Shown here one piece after another: positions 8,537-17,227 of a stretch of DNA of 32,000 nucleotides. Position numbers and translations under genes: made by a program. The DNA comes from Nitrosospira multiformis ATCC 25196 (GTDB lineage Bacteria; Pseudomonadota; Gammaproteobacteria; Burkholderiales; Nitrosomonadaceae), in the NCBI RefSeq assembly GCF_000196355.1, contig NC_007614.1, positions 720,001 through 752,000 on the forward strand. The letters run 5' to 3'. Position 1 is the first letter of the stretch; every line of letters begins with the position of its first letter. The notes below the pieces were generated by a model that saw only the letters and a list, made by a program, of their open reading frames with translations, did no database searches and was not told the DNA's origin.

Positions 8537-10246
8537 TTAGCGGGAGAAGTATGCCTGATTGCGGCCAGCACGCTTGGCTTCATAAAGTGCATTGTCGGCG
8601 CGGGAGAATACTGCTGTCGTTGTGCTGTCGTCAGAGCGGCACTCCACCGCCCCGATACTCACCGTGATCGATATCGTCGATTTTCCGGCTGGATAGGTCA
8701 GTTTTTCCACATGCGTGCGGATGCGCTCAGCGGTTTTGACAGCCTGATCGATGTAGGTTTCGACCAGGATGATGATAAATTCATCGCCCCCGTAGCGCGC
8801 CGCATAATCAATACTGCGGATCGACTGGAGAAGGATTTGCGCAACCTTGGCCAGAATTTTGTCGCCGGTAATATGGCCGTATGTGTCATTGAGTGTCTTG
8901 AAGTGGTCGATATCCAGCATTAGCAGTGCAAAAGGCCGTTGCGTGCGTCTGAATCGCGCCAGTTGATCGGCCAGGATGGCATCAAGCTTGTTGCGATTAT
9001 AGAGGCCGGTGAGGCTATCGGTAATCGAGAGTTTTTCAAGCATCCGGTTTTGTTGTTGCATGGCTTCATGCGCAGCCATGATTTCGGCGTGGTTCCGTCG
9101 CAATCGGTCTGCCATCTGATCAAATACCTTCGTGAGGTGGCCGATCTCGTCATTCCGCGTTGCGGAAAGCCGCACTTCCAGGTCGCCATCCGCGATCCGG
9201 TCGGCTGCACGCATAAGACGTTGCAGCGGCACGACGATCGAGCGTCCCATTTGGAATGCCGCGGCGGCTACGATTAGAACCAGCATACCGACCAGTATCA
9301 GGAGCATATTGCGCAGTTCGATCCAGTCGCCATAGACGGCGGCCCGATCACGCTCCGCCAGAATGGTAAGGGGGAATTCATGGAATACATCTGCCAGACC
9401 GATTACTTCACGGCGTGTCAATCCCTTGAAGAACATGGATTCGCCGGGGCGTGCGAGAAGCTCGCGCAACGAGGGGCCATCGAGTTGCGCCATGGTTTCT
9501 CCTTCCGCCAAGGTGCCGATGAGCACACGGCCATCCGGATCCAGCAGAAATACCTCGCCCGGGGGTGATGTCGAAGAACTCTTCAAATGGGGCTGCAGGT
9601 TGCGCAGGTCAAGCACGGCTACCAGCGCCCCCATCAACACGTTGTCGTATGACAACACCGGAACCGCGACGCTGAGGGTCGCGGTGTTGTACTGCTCGTT
9701 CCAGTGAGGGGGTGTGATCACAAGACCTTCCGTGACCGAGTTTTGCGGCCACTCGTCGGGGAGCGTTGCTCCCGCGGGTTTTTCGGCACTGCTCGCGATA
9801 ATTTTTCCGGACGCGTTCATCACGGTCAATTCCCGTATCGCATCAAGCTTCCCCTGAACAGACTGCAGGTAACGCGCGAGGGCTCCTGGGTATTTGGCCA
9901 GCATATCCGCGCGGCGTTGATAAGATGCGGATAATGCTTCGATGACCGCTCCGGATGCTGCGGTAACGTGCGCTTCATGTGCACGCCTGTCGAGCCAGAA
10001 TTCCATTTCCCGGCCCGCATAATCCGTGAGCGCGCGAAGCTCGCGCGTGACGTTGGCATTGGTCTGCGCTTCACTCTGCCTGAATGTCAATAATCCGAGC
10101 CCCAGCGACGGGATCAGCGTAGCCAGGGTGGCGAACACCACGAGTTTGCTCTTAATACTCTTTAATCCGAGCCCCAGCGACGGAATCAGGCTAGCCACGG
10201 TGGCGAACACCACGAGTTTGCTCTTAATGCTCTTTAGAAGGGCCAT
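8537..10246 (-). CDS. Membrane-bound diguanylate cyclase: TM - periplasmic Cache-like sensor - TM - HAMP - GGDEF
   Basis: The C-terminal GGDEF domain has an intact GGDEF motif (ARYGGDEFIIIL) and the upstream RxxD-like context. A HAMP linker is present (VPLQRLMRAADRIADGDLEVRLSATRNDEIGHLTKVFDQMADRL). A ~260-aa extracytoplasmic region lies between the hydrophobic helices. I prefer the ATG at 10246 (MALLKSIKSK...) over the track's TTG at 10276. Confidence 0.9.
   Translation of the reverse strand: MALLKSIKSKLVVFATVASLIPSLGLGLKSIKSKLVVFATLATLIPSLGLGLLTFRQSEAQTNANVTRELRALTDYAGREMEFWLDRRAHEAHVTAASGAVIEALSASYQRRADMLAKYPGALARYLQSVQGKLDAIRELTVMNASGKIIASSAEKPAGATLPDEWPQNSVTEGLVITPPHWNEQYNTATLSVAVPVLSYDNVLMGALVAVLDLRNLQPHLKSSSTSPPGEVFLLDPDGRVLIGTLAEGETMAQLDGPSLRELLARPGESMFFKGLTRREVIGLADVFHEFPLTILAERDRAAVYGDWIELRNMLLILVGMLVLIVAAAAFQMGRSIVVPLQRLMRAADRIADGDLEVRLSATRNDEIGHLTKVFDQMADRLRRNHAEIMAAHEAMQQQNRMLEKLSITDSLTGLYNRNKLDAILADQLARFRRTQRPFALLMLDIDHFKTLNDTYGHITGDKILAKVAQILLQSIRSIDYAARYGGDEFIIILVETYIDQAVKTAERIRTHVEKLTYPAGKSTISITVSIGAVECRSDDSTTTAVFSRADNALYEAKRAGRNQAYFSR
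10092..10235. repeat. Perfectly in-frame 72-bp tandem duplication (2 copies) inside the 5' end of the diguanylate cyclase gene
   Basis: Copy 1 (10092-10163) and copy 2 (10164-10235) align without gaps. By direct count 67 of 72 positions are identical. They encode LKSIKSKLVVFATVASLIPSLGLG and LKSIKSKLVVFATLATLIPSLGLG. Confidence 0.95.
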
Positions 10247-10433
10247 GGGACGGAGTTCCGGATAAAGGTTACTCAACGGATAAATACTGTCAGAATTTCA
10301 GCAGAATTATTCCGAGAAACAGCTTGAAATAAGGGCTGCAGATCGCTAAATCAATGCCCGGGAACGACGCGCAATTCTATATATCCCGTTCCCATCTCCA
10401 CCTGCTGAGAATGGGCCACTTTCCACCCCTGTC

Positions 10434-13400
10434 TTATGTGCCCAATTCGGTAAACAAGTCCATTATCCGCCTGACTCGTTCTCCCGCCTCCGGGATGCAC
10501 GTTTTTATTTTCAATCGATCAGGTCCGGAAAGCTGATAGTCGCGGCTACGCTGAAGAAGGGCGACAATCCTTGCCGCATCCACGGGAGGATTGGGCGTAA
10601 ATTGAACCTGAATGGATTCGCTGCTTGCCTCAACACGAATGATTCCCAGCGGCGCTGCAGCGATACGTAAACGGTGGCAATCGAGCAATGCCTTGACCGG
10701 ATCCGGTAATAGGCCGAAGCGGTCCGTCAATTCAATCTGCATTTCATCCAGTTGCTCATCGCTGGTGCAATTGGCCATGCGTTTGTACAGGATCAGCCGT
10801 TCATGTATATCACTGCAGTAATCCTCAGGCAGCAACGCGGGAACATGCAAGTTGATTTCGGTGGCAACCCCGAGGGGGTGTTGCATGTCGGGCTCCTTGC
10901 CTTCCTTCAGTGATCGCACGGCTGCTTCCAGCATATTGGCGTAGAGGGTGAAGCCGATTTCCTGCATCTCGCCGCTTTGGGATTCCCCAAGAACTTCGCC
11001 AGCGCCCCGAATCTCGAGATCGTGCATGGCGAGGTAGAAGCCGGCCCCCAGCTCTTCCATGGACTGAACAGCCTCCAGGCGCTTCCTGGCCTGAGTCCCC
11101 AATGCCTCCTCCTCCGGTACCAGCAGGTAGGCGTACGCCTGATGATGGGACCGTCCTACCCGCCCGCGCAGCTGATGCAGTTGCGCCAATCCGAACTTAT
11201 CCGCGCGATGAATGATAATGGTATTGGCAGTGGGCACATCGATGCCGGTTTCGATGATGGTTGTGCAGAGCAGCAGATTAAACCGTTGCTGGTAAAAATC
11301 TTTCATCACATGTTCCAGCTCGCGTTCCCGCATTTGTCCGTGGGCGATGCCTATTCGCGCTTCGGGCAGCAGGCGGGCGAGCTTGTCATGCATCGTCTGG
11401 ATGGTACTCACCTCGTTATGTAAAAAATATATCTGCCCACCCCGCTTCAATTCCCGCAGGCACGCCTCGCGGATGATTCCCTCGGAAAAACGGTTTACAA
11501 AGGTCTTGATGGCCAGCCGCCGTTGCGGCGCTGTTGCAATGACGGAGAAATCGCGCAGTCCCTCCAATGACAAGGCCAGGGTGCGGGGAATAGGCGTGGC
11601 GGTAAGGGTTAGGACATCCACTTCGGAGCGGAGGCTTTTCAGCTGTTCCTTATGGCGCACACCAAAACGGTGCTCCTCGTCGATGATGACCAGTCCCAGG
11701 TTTTTGAATCTGACGCCTTTCTGGATCAGTTTATGCGTACCGATCACGATGTCTATCTGCCCATCGGCGAGGCCCGCCAGCGCCTGGGCCTGCTCCTTGC
11801 CTGAACGGAAACGCGACAGCTCGGCAATTTTAACCGGCCATTCTTCCGCAATCAGGCCGAAACGGTCCGAAAAATTCTGGAAATGCTGTTCCGCCAGCAG
11901 CGTGGTAGGAACCAGTACCGCGACCTGTCTGCCATCCGCGACAGCGACAAAAGCCGCCCTTAGCGCCACCTCCGTTTTGCCAAAACCCACATCTCCGCAG
12001 ATGAGCCTGTCCATGGGGCGGGCAGAAGTCAGGTCATCGATTACCGCAGCGATGGCAGTCGCCTGATCCGGCGTCTCCTCGAATCCGAAACCTTCGACGA
12101 ACGCCTCGTAATCCTGCTCTTTCAGGCGAAATGCGTGGCCAACACGGGCGGCGCGCTGGGCATAGATGTTGAGCAGTTCGGCCGCGGTATCGCGTACCTG
12201 CTGCATCGCCTTGCGCTTGGCCTTATCCCACTGGCCGCTACCCAGTTTATGCAGGGGCGCGGATTCCGGTGAAGCGCCGCTGTATCGTCCGATAAGATGC
12301 AGTTGCGAGACAGGTACATACAATTTGTCACCACTGGCGTATTCCAGCGACAGAAACTCCGTTTCGCCTTCTCCCAGATCCATGCTGACGAGCCCGAGAT
12401 AACGGCCTATGCCGTGTTGTTCATGGACGACGGGATCGCCCGCCTTGATCTCGGACAGATCGCGCAGAACGGCATCGGCGACCGCGCTGGTTTTGCGCGA
12501 ATCCCGTTCACCCCGGCCGTGCAGGTGTCTGGCATAGAGCTCGCTTTCGGTTACAAAGGCTATTCCCTTTTCCGGGTATATGAAGCCGTTGTGCAGCGGC
12601 CCCACACCGAGCACGAAGGGGCTAGTGCTTGCGCGAAATTGCGCATAGTTGTCGCATATGTCGGGATTGAGCCTATACTGCTTCAAATGATCGGCAATCA
12701 ACTCACGCCTGCCCAGACTTTCGGCAAGGAGCAACGTTCTTCCCCCTCCGGAGGATTCGAATTCAGCAATAAAGGCAGAAAGTTTTTCCGCCGGATTCAC
12801 GGCGCGACGATCGATCTGAAGCGGAGGCAAAGGAATGCTCAAACCTTGCACCTCGGCTCCGCCGGTTTTCGTCGCCCGTTCTTCCGGTGGAATCTCGATG
12901 CGCGGGTAGGGTTTCAACGCCCCGAAGAATGCTTCCGTGGTAAGGAACAAGTCTGCGGGTTTCAGCAGCGGCCGGTCGCTATCGCCCCGCAGAAGCTGAT
13001 AGCGCGCCTGCGTGTCATGCCAGAAACTCTCTACCGTTTGGTAAAGTTCATGATGCAGGCACAACAGCGCTGTTTGCGGCAAATAATCGAACAGTGTCGC
13101 CGTATGCTCAAAAAAAAGAGGCAGATAGTATTCGATACCTGCGGGACTGCCACCCTTGCTGATATCCTTGTAAATGAGACTCCTGGAAGGATCTCCCTCG
13201 AATTTTTCACGGAATCTGCCTCGAAAGCGTGTACGGCCTTCCTCATCGAGAGGAAACTCGCGCGCCGGCAGTAATCGTATCTCGGTGACCGGATAAACGC
13301 TTCTCTGGGTATCGACGTCAAAGGTCCGGATGGTTTCGATTTCATTATCGAGCAGGTCGATCCTGTAGGGCAACGGGCTTCCCATCGGAAACAGGTCGAT

Positions 13401-13904
13401 CAGTCCCCCACGTACGCTGTATTCCCCCGGTGAAAGTACCTGGGTCACATGGCTGTAGCCAGCCAGGGTCATCTGGCTGCGCAAGGCGTTCAGGTCAAGG
13501 GTTTCGCCGCGAGCGAGAAAGAAAGTGTGTGCCGCCAGGTACTCGGGCGGTGGCATGCGGTACAGGGCCGTGGTGACAGGAACAATCAATATGTCGCAAG
13601 CGCCATTCATGAGTTGGTAGAGCGTTGCCAGTCTTTCGGAAACGAGGTCCTGATGCGGCGAAAAAGTATCGTAGGGCAACGTTTCCCAATCCGGCAGCAG
13701 CCGGGTTCTCAGTTCGGGTGCAAAAAAAGGTATTTCCTCCAGCAGTCTTTGAGCGGCCAAAGCGCTTGCCGTAATAATGGTAACGGGCTTTGCTTTTTTC
13801 GCCTCCAGCGCCAGTTGGGCGAGGGCAAGCGAGTCGGAGGATCCGTCAAAGTGACCGTAGCGAATAGTCGATCCGGATGAGGGAATGGTCAGCTTGAATG
13901 CCAT
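10434..13904 (-). CDS. mfd: Transcription-repair coupling factor Mfd
   Basis: 1156 aa. It has a UvrB-homology N-terminus, an RNAP-interacting/CarD-like region (DPVVHEQHGIGRYLGL) and superfamily-2 helicase motifs (GDVGFGKTEVA, DEEHRFG, TATPIPRT, QLHQLRGRVGRS). The C-terminal TRG/autoinhibitory region is also present. Confidence 0.97.
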   Translation of the reverse strand: MAFKLTIPSSGSTIRYGHFDGSSDSLALAQLALEAKKAKPVTIITASALAAQRLLEEIPFFAPELRTRLLPDWETLPYDTFSPHQDLVSERLATLYQLMNGACDILIVPVTTALYRMPPPEYLAAHTFFLARGETLDLNALRSQMTLAGYSHVTQVLSPGEYSVRGGLIDLFPMGSPLPYRIDLLDNEIETIRTFDVDTQRSVYPVTEIRLLPAREFPLDEEGRTRFRGRFREKFEGDPSRSLIYKDISKGGSPAGIEYYLPLFFEHTATLFDYLPQTALLCLHHELYQTVESFWHDTQARYQLLRGDSDRPLLKPADLFLTTEAFFGALKPYPRIEIPPEERATKTGGAEVQGLSIPLPPLQIDRRAVNPAEKLSAFIAEFESSGGGRTLLLAESLGRRELIADHLKQYRLNPDICDNYAQFRASTSPFVLGVGPLHNGFIYPEKGIAFVTESELYARHLHGRGERDSRKTSAVADAVLRDLSEIKAGDPVVHEQHGIGRYLGLVSMDLGEGETEFLSLEYASGDKLYVPVSQLHLIGRYSGASPESAPLHKLGSGQWDKAKRKAMQQVRDTAAELLNIYAQRAARVGHAFRLKEQDYEAFVEGFGFEETPDQATAIAAVIDDLTSARPMDRLICGDVGFGKTEVALRAAFVAVADGRQVAVLVPTTLLAEQHFQNFSDRFGLIAEEWPVKIAELSRFRSGKEQAQALAGLADGQIDIVIGTHKLIQKGVRFKNLGLVIIDEEHRFGVRHKEQLKSLRSEVDVLTLTATPIPRTLALSLEGLRDFSVIATAPQRRLAIKTFVNRFSEGIIREACLRELKRGGQIYFLHNEVSTIQTMHDKLARLLPEARIGIAHGQMRERELEHVMKDFYQQRFNLLLCTTIIETGIDVPTANTIIIHRADKFGLAQLHQLRGRVGRSHHQAYAYLLVPEEEALGTQARKRLEAVQSMEELGAGFYLAMHDLEIRGAGEVLGESQSGEMQEIGFTLYANMLEAAVRSLKEGKEPDMQHPLGVATEINLHVPALLPEDYCSDIHERLILYKRMANCTSDEQLDEMQIELTDRFGLLPDPVKALLDCHRLRIAAAPLGIIRVEASSESIQVQFTPNPPVDAARIVALLQRSRDYQLSGPDRLKIKTCIPEAGERVRRIMDLFTELGT

Positions 13905-14021
13905 TCTGTTTTAATTCGAGTCAGGTGGTTTTGATAAGTGACAGCAGGTAACAATAGGGTGAGTGCCGGGCGCGAAAAGTCAGTGGATTGTAATGAAACA
14001 GGAACTGGACAGTCCCCACGG

Positions 14022-14059
14022 AATTCGACCGGGTCGCGGCCTCATGCTGGCCGGTCGAA
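14022..14059. repeat. Perfect 10-bp inverted repeat (ATTCGACCGG N18 CCGGTCGAAT) in the recJ-mfd intergenic region
   Basis: Arms at 14022-14031 and 14050-14059 are exact reverse complements. The repeat lies ~70 nt downstream of the recJ stop on the minus strand. No T-run follows on either strand, so it is not a canonical intrinsic terminator. Confidence 0.8.
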
Positions 14060-14128
14060 TATTATATGCCAGTCATGGAGCAGACATCCTGGGTAAACGC
14101 GGGCACGCGGAATGAGCGGGAATTGTGA

Positions 14129-15970
14129 TTACATCATGGTTGCTTCTGACCAATGCTCCAGGATGAATTGCAGGGAAACATCACTCTTGAAATCATTTAC
14201 CTGTAACCGGTAAACGGCATCTATTACCCCGGGAAGAGGACCGTCTTGGAGGAACAGTATGGCGTCATAAAGAAGGACCGGTTTCTCCGGCGGGTTGTTT
14301 CCGGCTGCGGGCCGCGCCTTTCTTAATTTCAATTTAAGGTGTTTTTGTCCGACGACACGCTGGTCTTCCACATGAAAGCGGCTGCGAAATGCAGGTTGCG
14401 GGAATCCCTGTCCCCATACCTGACGCACCAGCTGTTCCGCCAGTTCCAGAGTTATTTCGGATTCATCCAGGTCGCCGTCGGTTTCGATGACCCGCTTGAG
14501 ATCCGCCGGTCCCAGCAATTCCCTGGCAGTTTGTTCGAAGGCGGCACGGAATTTTTCGAAATCGCATGTACGAATAGTCAGCCCCGCTGCCGCGGAATGA
14601 CCGCCGAATTTAAGCAAAAGCCCGGGATAGCGTTTGGAAACCAGATCCAGCGCATCTCTCAAGTGAAAGCCCGGTATGGACCGCCCCGATCCTTTCAGCT
14701 CATCCTGGCCTCCCGGTGCAAATGTGATCACCGGGCGATGAAATTTATCCTTTATGCGTGACGCCAGTATGCCGATTACCCCTTGATGCCAGCCAGGATC
14801 GAAGAGGGTCAAGGCATAGGCGCTCGTCCCTTCTTGCGGGGAATCATGGGAGCGGAATACGCCTGACCTCTGAGGCATATCCGATGGCCGCAGCGTGGGC
14901 GAGTCCTGCAAACCACTGCTACCAGAAAAGATATTCTCCAGCATGTTCAGCGCACTATCCCGCATGTGGGATTCGATTTCCTGCCGCTTGCGATTGAATG
15001 TGTCCAGTTGTAGCGCAAGCTGGGCAGCACGCGGGGGATCATCGGTAATGAGGCACTCAATGCCCAGGGACATATCGTCCAGCCGTCCTGCCGCGTTCAG
15101 TCTCGGTCCAATCATGAAACCCAATTCGTAAGTGGAAGTTTGACTGAAATTACGGCAGGCGATGTTGATCAGAGCATTGATGCCTGCACATCCGCTGCCC
15201 TTGCGAATGCGTTTCAAACCTTGCTGTACCAGAAGCCGATTGTTGTCGTCGAGCTTCACGACATCTGCCACCGTGCCCAGCGCAACCAGATCCAGCAGGC
15301 TTCCCAGATTTGGTTCCTGCTGCGGAGATGCAAACATGCCTTTTGCCCGCAACTCCGCCCGCAGGGCGAGCATGACATAGAACATGACGCCTACACCAGA
15401 GAGGTGTTTGCTGGGAAAATCACAGCCGGGCTGGTTGGGATTGACGATGACGGCCGCCTCAGGCAGCGTATCGCCGGGAAGATGATGATCAGTGACGAGA
15501 ACCTGCATTCCGAGGCGATTGGCCTCGGCAACTCCTTCCACGCTGGCAATGCCATTATCGACCGTAATCAGAATATCCGGGCGGTGAACGCCGGCGGCAG
15601 CCACCCGTACGATCTCCGGGGTAAGTCCATAGCCGTACTCGAAGCGATTGGGAACGAGGTAGTCGACCTGGGCACCGAATTTCCTCAATGCGCGTATTCC
15701 TACGGCGCAAGCCGTGGCGCCATCAGAATCATAATCGGCTACGATCAGCAGGCGCTTGCGGAGCGCAATCGCCGTGGCAAGAAATTGCGCCATTGCCGTT
15801 GCATTCTTCAGGCGTGCAAAGGGAATCAGCCGGGACCAATCGATCTCGAGCTGGCCTGGCTCTTCGATACCGCGCGCAGAATAGACACGGGCCAGGACGG
15901 GGTGGAAACCGTGCCGGATCAGTGTATCAAAAGTCTGGTGAGGGTAATCGCGGACGATGATATTGGGCAT
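14129..15970 (-). CDS. recJ: Single-stranded-DNA-specific exonuclease RecJ
   Basis: DHH-family motifs are present: DYDSDGATA, VDNG, and DHH in VLVTDHHLP. The DHHA1 region is present (GGHSAAAGLT), as is the conserved WHQGVIGILASRIKDKFHRPVI segment. Confidence 0.95.
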   Translation of the reverse strand: MPNIIVRDYPHQTFDTLIRHGFHPVLARVYSARGIEEPGQLEIDWSRLIPFARLKNATAMAQFLATAIALRKRLLIVADYDSDGATACAVGIRALRKFGAQVDYLVPNRFEYGYGLTPEIVRVAAAGVHRPDILITVDNGIASVEGVAEANRLGMQVLVTDHHLPGDTLPEAAVIVNPNQPGCDFPSKHLSGVGVMFYVMLALRAELRAKGMFASPQQEPNLGSLLDLVALGTVADVVKLDDNNRLLVQQGLKRIRKGSGCAGINALINIACRNFSQTSTYELGFMIGPRLNAAGRLDDMSLGIECLITDDPPRAAQLALQLDTFNRKRQEIESHMRDSALNMLENIFSGSSGLQDSPTLRPSDMPQRSGVFRSHDSPQEGTSAYALTLFDPGWHQGVIGILASRIKDKFHRPVITFAPGGQDELKGSGRSIPGFHLRDALDLVSKRYPGLLLKFGGHSAAAGLTIRTCDFEKFRAAFEQTARELLGPADLKRVIETDGDLDESEITLELAEQLVRQVWGQGFPQPAFRSRFHVEDQRVVGQKHLKLKLRKARPAAGNNPPEKPVLLYDAILFLQDGPLPGVIDAVYRLQVNDFKSDVSLQFILEHWSEATMM

Positions 15971-16042
15971 GTCAGGGACAGAAGGCTCAGACTTGCCAGT
16001 ATAACGCTTTACGCTTCCCGGTTTCTTTACAGTGATGAGCGC

Positions 16043-17227
16043 TCAGAAATGATAGTGCGCTCCAATACCGAGATAATCCACCCGCTGCCTGAAAAACTGG
16101 CCCGTCGGGGAGTTTCCGTGAAAATACTCAACCAGGAACTGAAGATTGCGGCCGAATGCCCGGAAGTGATCCAGTTGAACACCTGCCCGCGCGGATACAT
16201 CGGCATTCCAGTCGTTCTGCTGATGGTTCTTGAGGTCAACCGCCACGATCGGTCGCAGCGGTAAAAACGCGATCCGCCACGGGCTGCGAAACTCGACGCC
16301 ATATTGTATCGACCAGGGCTTGATGTTCGAGGGTTCCTTGTGAAAGATTCCACCTCCACCCCCGTAAACCCTCAATCCATACGGAAGCTCATACGACAAT
16401 CTGAGATCGGCTCCCTCATAGCTGAGATTGATCCGCTGCAGGCTGGTTAATCTGCGCAGCAATAATTCGTCTCCAAGATGAGAGCTTTGATGATAGATAC
16501 GGCCGAAAGCAGAAAAATGGCCTGCCCGCACGCTTCCATAAGCGGATGCTATGAAATCGCTATTGATGAGATCGGACGAAGGCGCGCCGAGATTGAAGTC
16601 GCTGAAGACAGCAGCCTGAAGACCTGCTTCCCACTGCACAGTAGATTGTCCGAAATTCGCGCGGTAGAAGGGAATGGTTTCACCAAAACTGACAGCGGCA
16701 TTGTTATTTCCGTCAATATTGTTTCCGACATAGTTGCGATATGCGGCGGAGAAATGCGCCCAGCGCGGATCGGCCAGTAAAGGCTTGAACAAATGTCCTT
16801 CCGGCAGCATTCCGGTTGCCAGAACGGTGGGACCCGCCGCAGGTACGCCTGCGGTCTCGGTCGTTGCCGCTCCAGGCTCCCGAGAGATGGCGGAAGGGTG
16901 TTGAATAGGCTTGAATGCCTCGCGTTCTGCGATTCTGCTGACACTTTTTTCCGCTATGGTCACTCCGGTCACACCAGGGATTTTCGACAGTGCCTGAACA
17001 ACCTGCGCTTGGTTCTCGGATTTCAGTTTATCTTCAGGTACGGTAATGATGCCATCTTTCACCACCAGAGTCGGAATCTCCATTCCAAAGCCATGTTTCA
17101 GGACACCCGCCGCGTAACCGGCGATATAGGCATCCTCCGTTACCGCAGCATGGACAGTTGAGGTAAAAAACAACATGGCTGCGATGATATTCAGATAACG
17201 CACGGTTTCCCCTTTTTTGATATTCAA
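16043..17227 (-). CDS. Outer-membrane beta-barrel protein of unknown function with an N-terminal BON-like domain (resembles DUF1207-type proteins, from memory)
   Basis: Signal peptide MNIKKGETVRYLNIIAAMLFFTSTVHA. A BON-like segment follows (LVVKDGIITVPEDKLKSENQAQVVQALSKIPGVTGVTI). The C-terminal ~260 aa have an alternating hydrophobic/aromatic pattern and end in HYHF, with the terminal Phe typical of outer-membrane proteins. The LFKPLLADPRWAHFSA motif is as I recall for DUF1207. Confidence 0.6.
   Translation of the reverse strand: MNIKKGETVRYLNIIAAMLFFTSTVHAAVTEDAYIAGYAAGVLKHGFGMEIPTLVVKDGIITVPEDKLKSENQAQVVQALSKIPGVTGVTIAEKSVSRIAEREAFKPIQHPSAISREPGAATTETAGVPAAGPTVLATGMLPEGHLFKPLLADPRWAHFSAAYRNYVGNNIDGNNNAAVSFGETIPFYRANFGQSTVQWEAGLQAAVFSDFNLGAPSSDLINSDFIASAYGSVRAGHFSAFGRIYHQSSHLGDELLLRRLTSLQRINLSYEGADLRLSYELPYGLRVYGGGGGIFHKEPSNIKPWSIQYGVEFRSPWRIAFLPLRPIVAVDLKNHQQNDWNADVSARAGVQLDHFRAFGRNLQFLVEYFHGNSPTGQFFRQRVDYLGIGAHYHF

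Noticed and set aside
10092-10235. The 72-bp repeat considered as a CRISPR, minisatellite or mobile-element end
   Set aside because: There are only two copies, directly abutting with no spacer, in frame and inside a coding region. It is reported instead as an intragenic duplication.
12297-13274. Long antisense ORFs inside well-supported genes: 12297..13274 (in mfd), 15140..16264 (in recJ), 20592..21434 and 21446..22159 (in smc), 24273..25094 (in zipA), 25805..26863 (in ligA), and 6667..7245 (in serB)
   Set aside because: All lie opposite genes with unmistakable family motifs. Their products are Arg/Pro/Ser/Cys-rich with no motifs, and they have no SD sequences. These are typical stop-poor shadow frames of moderately GC-rich coding DNA.
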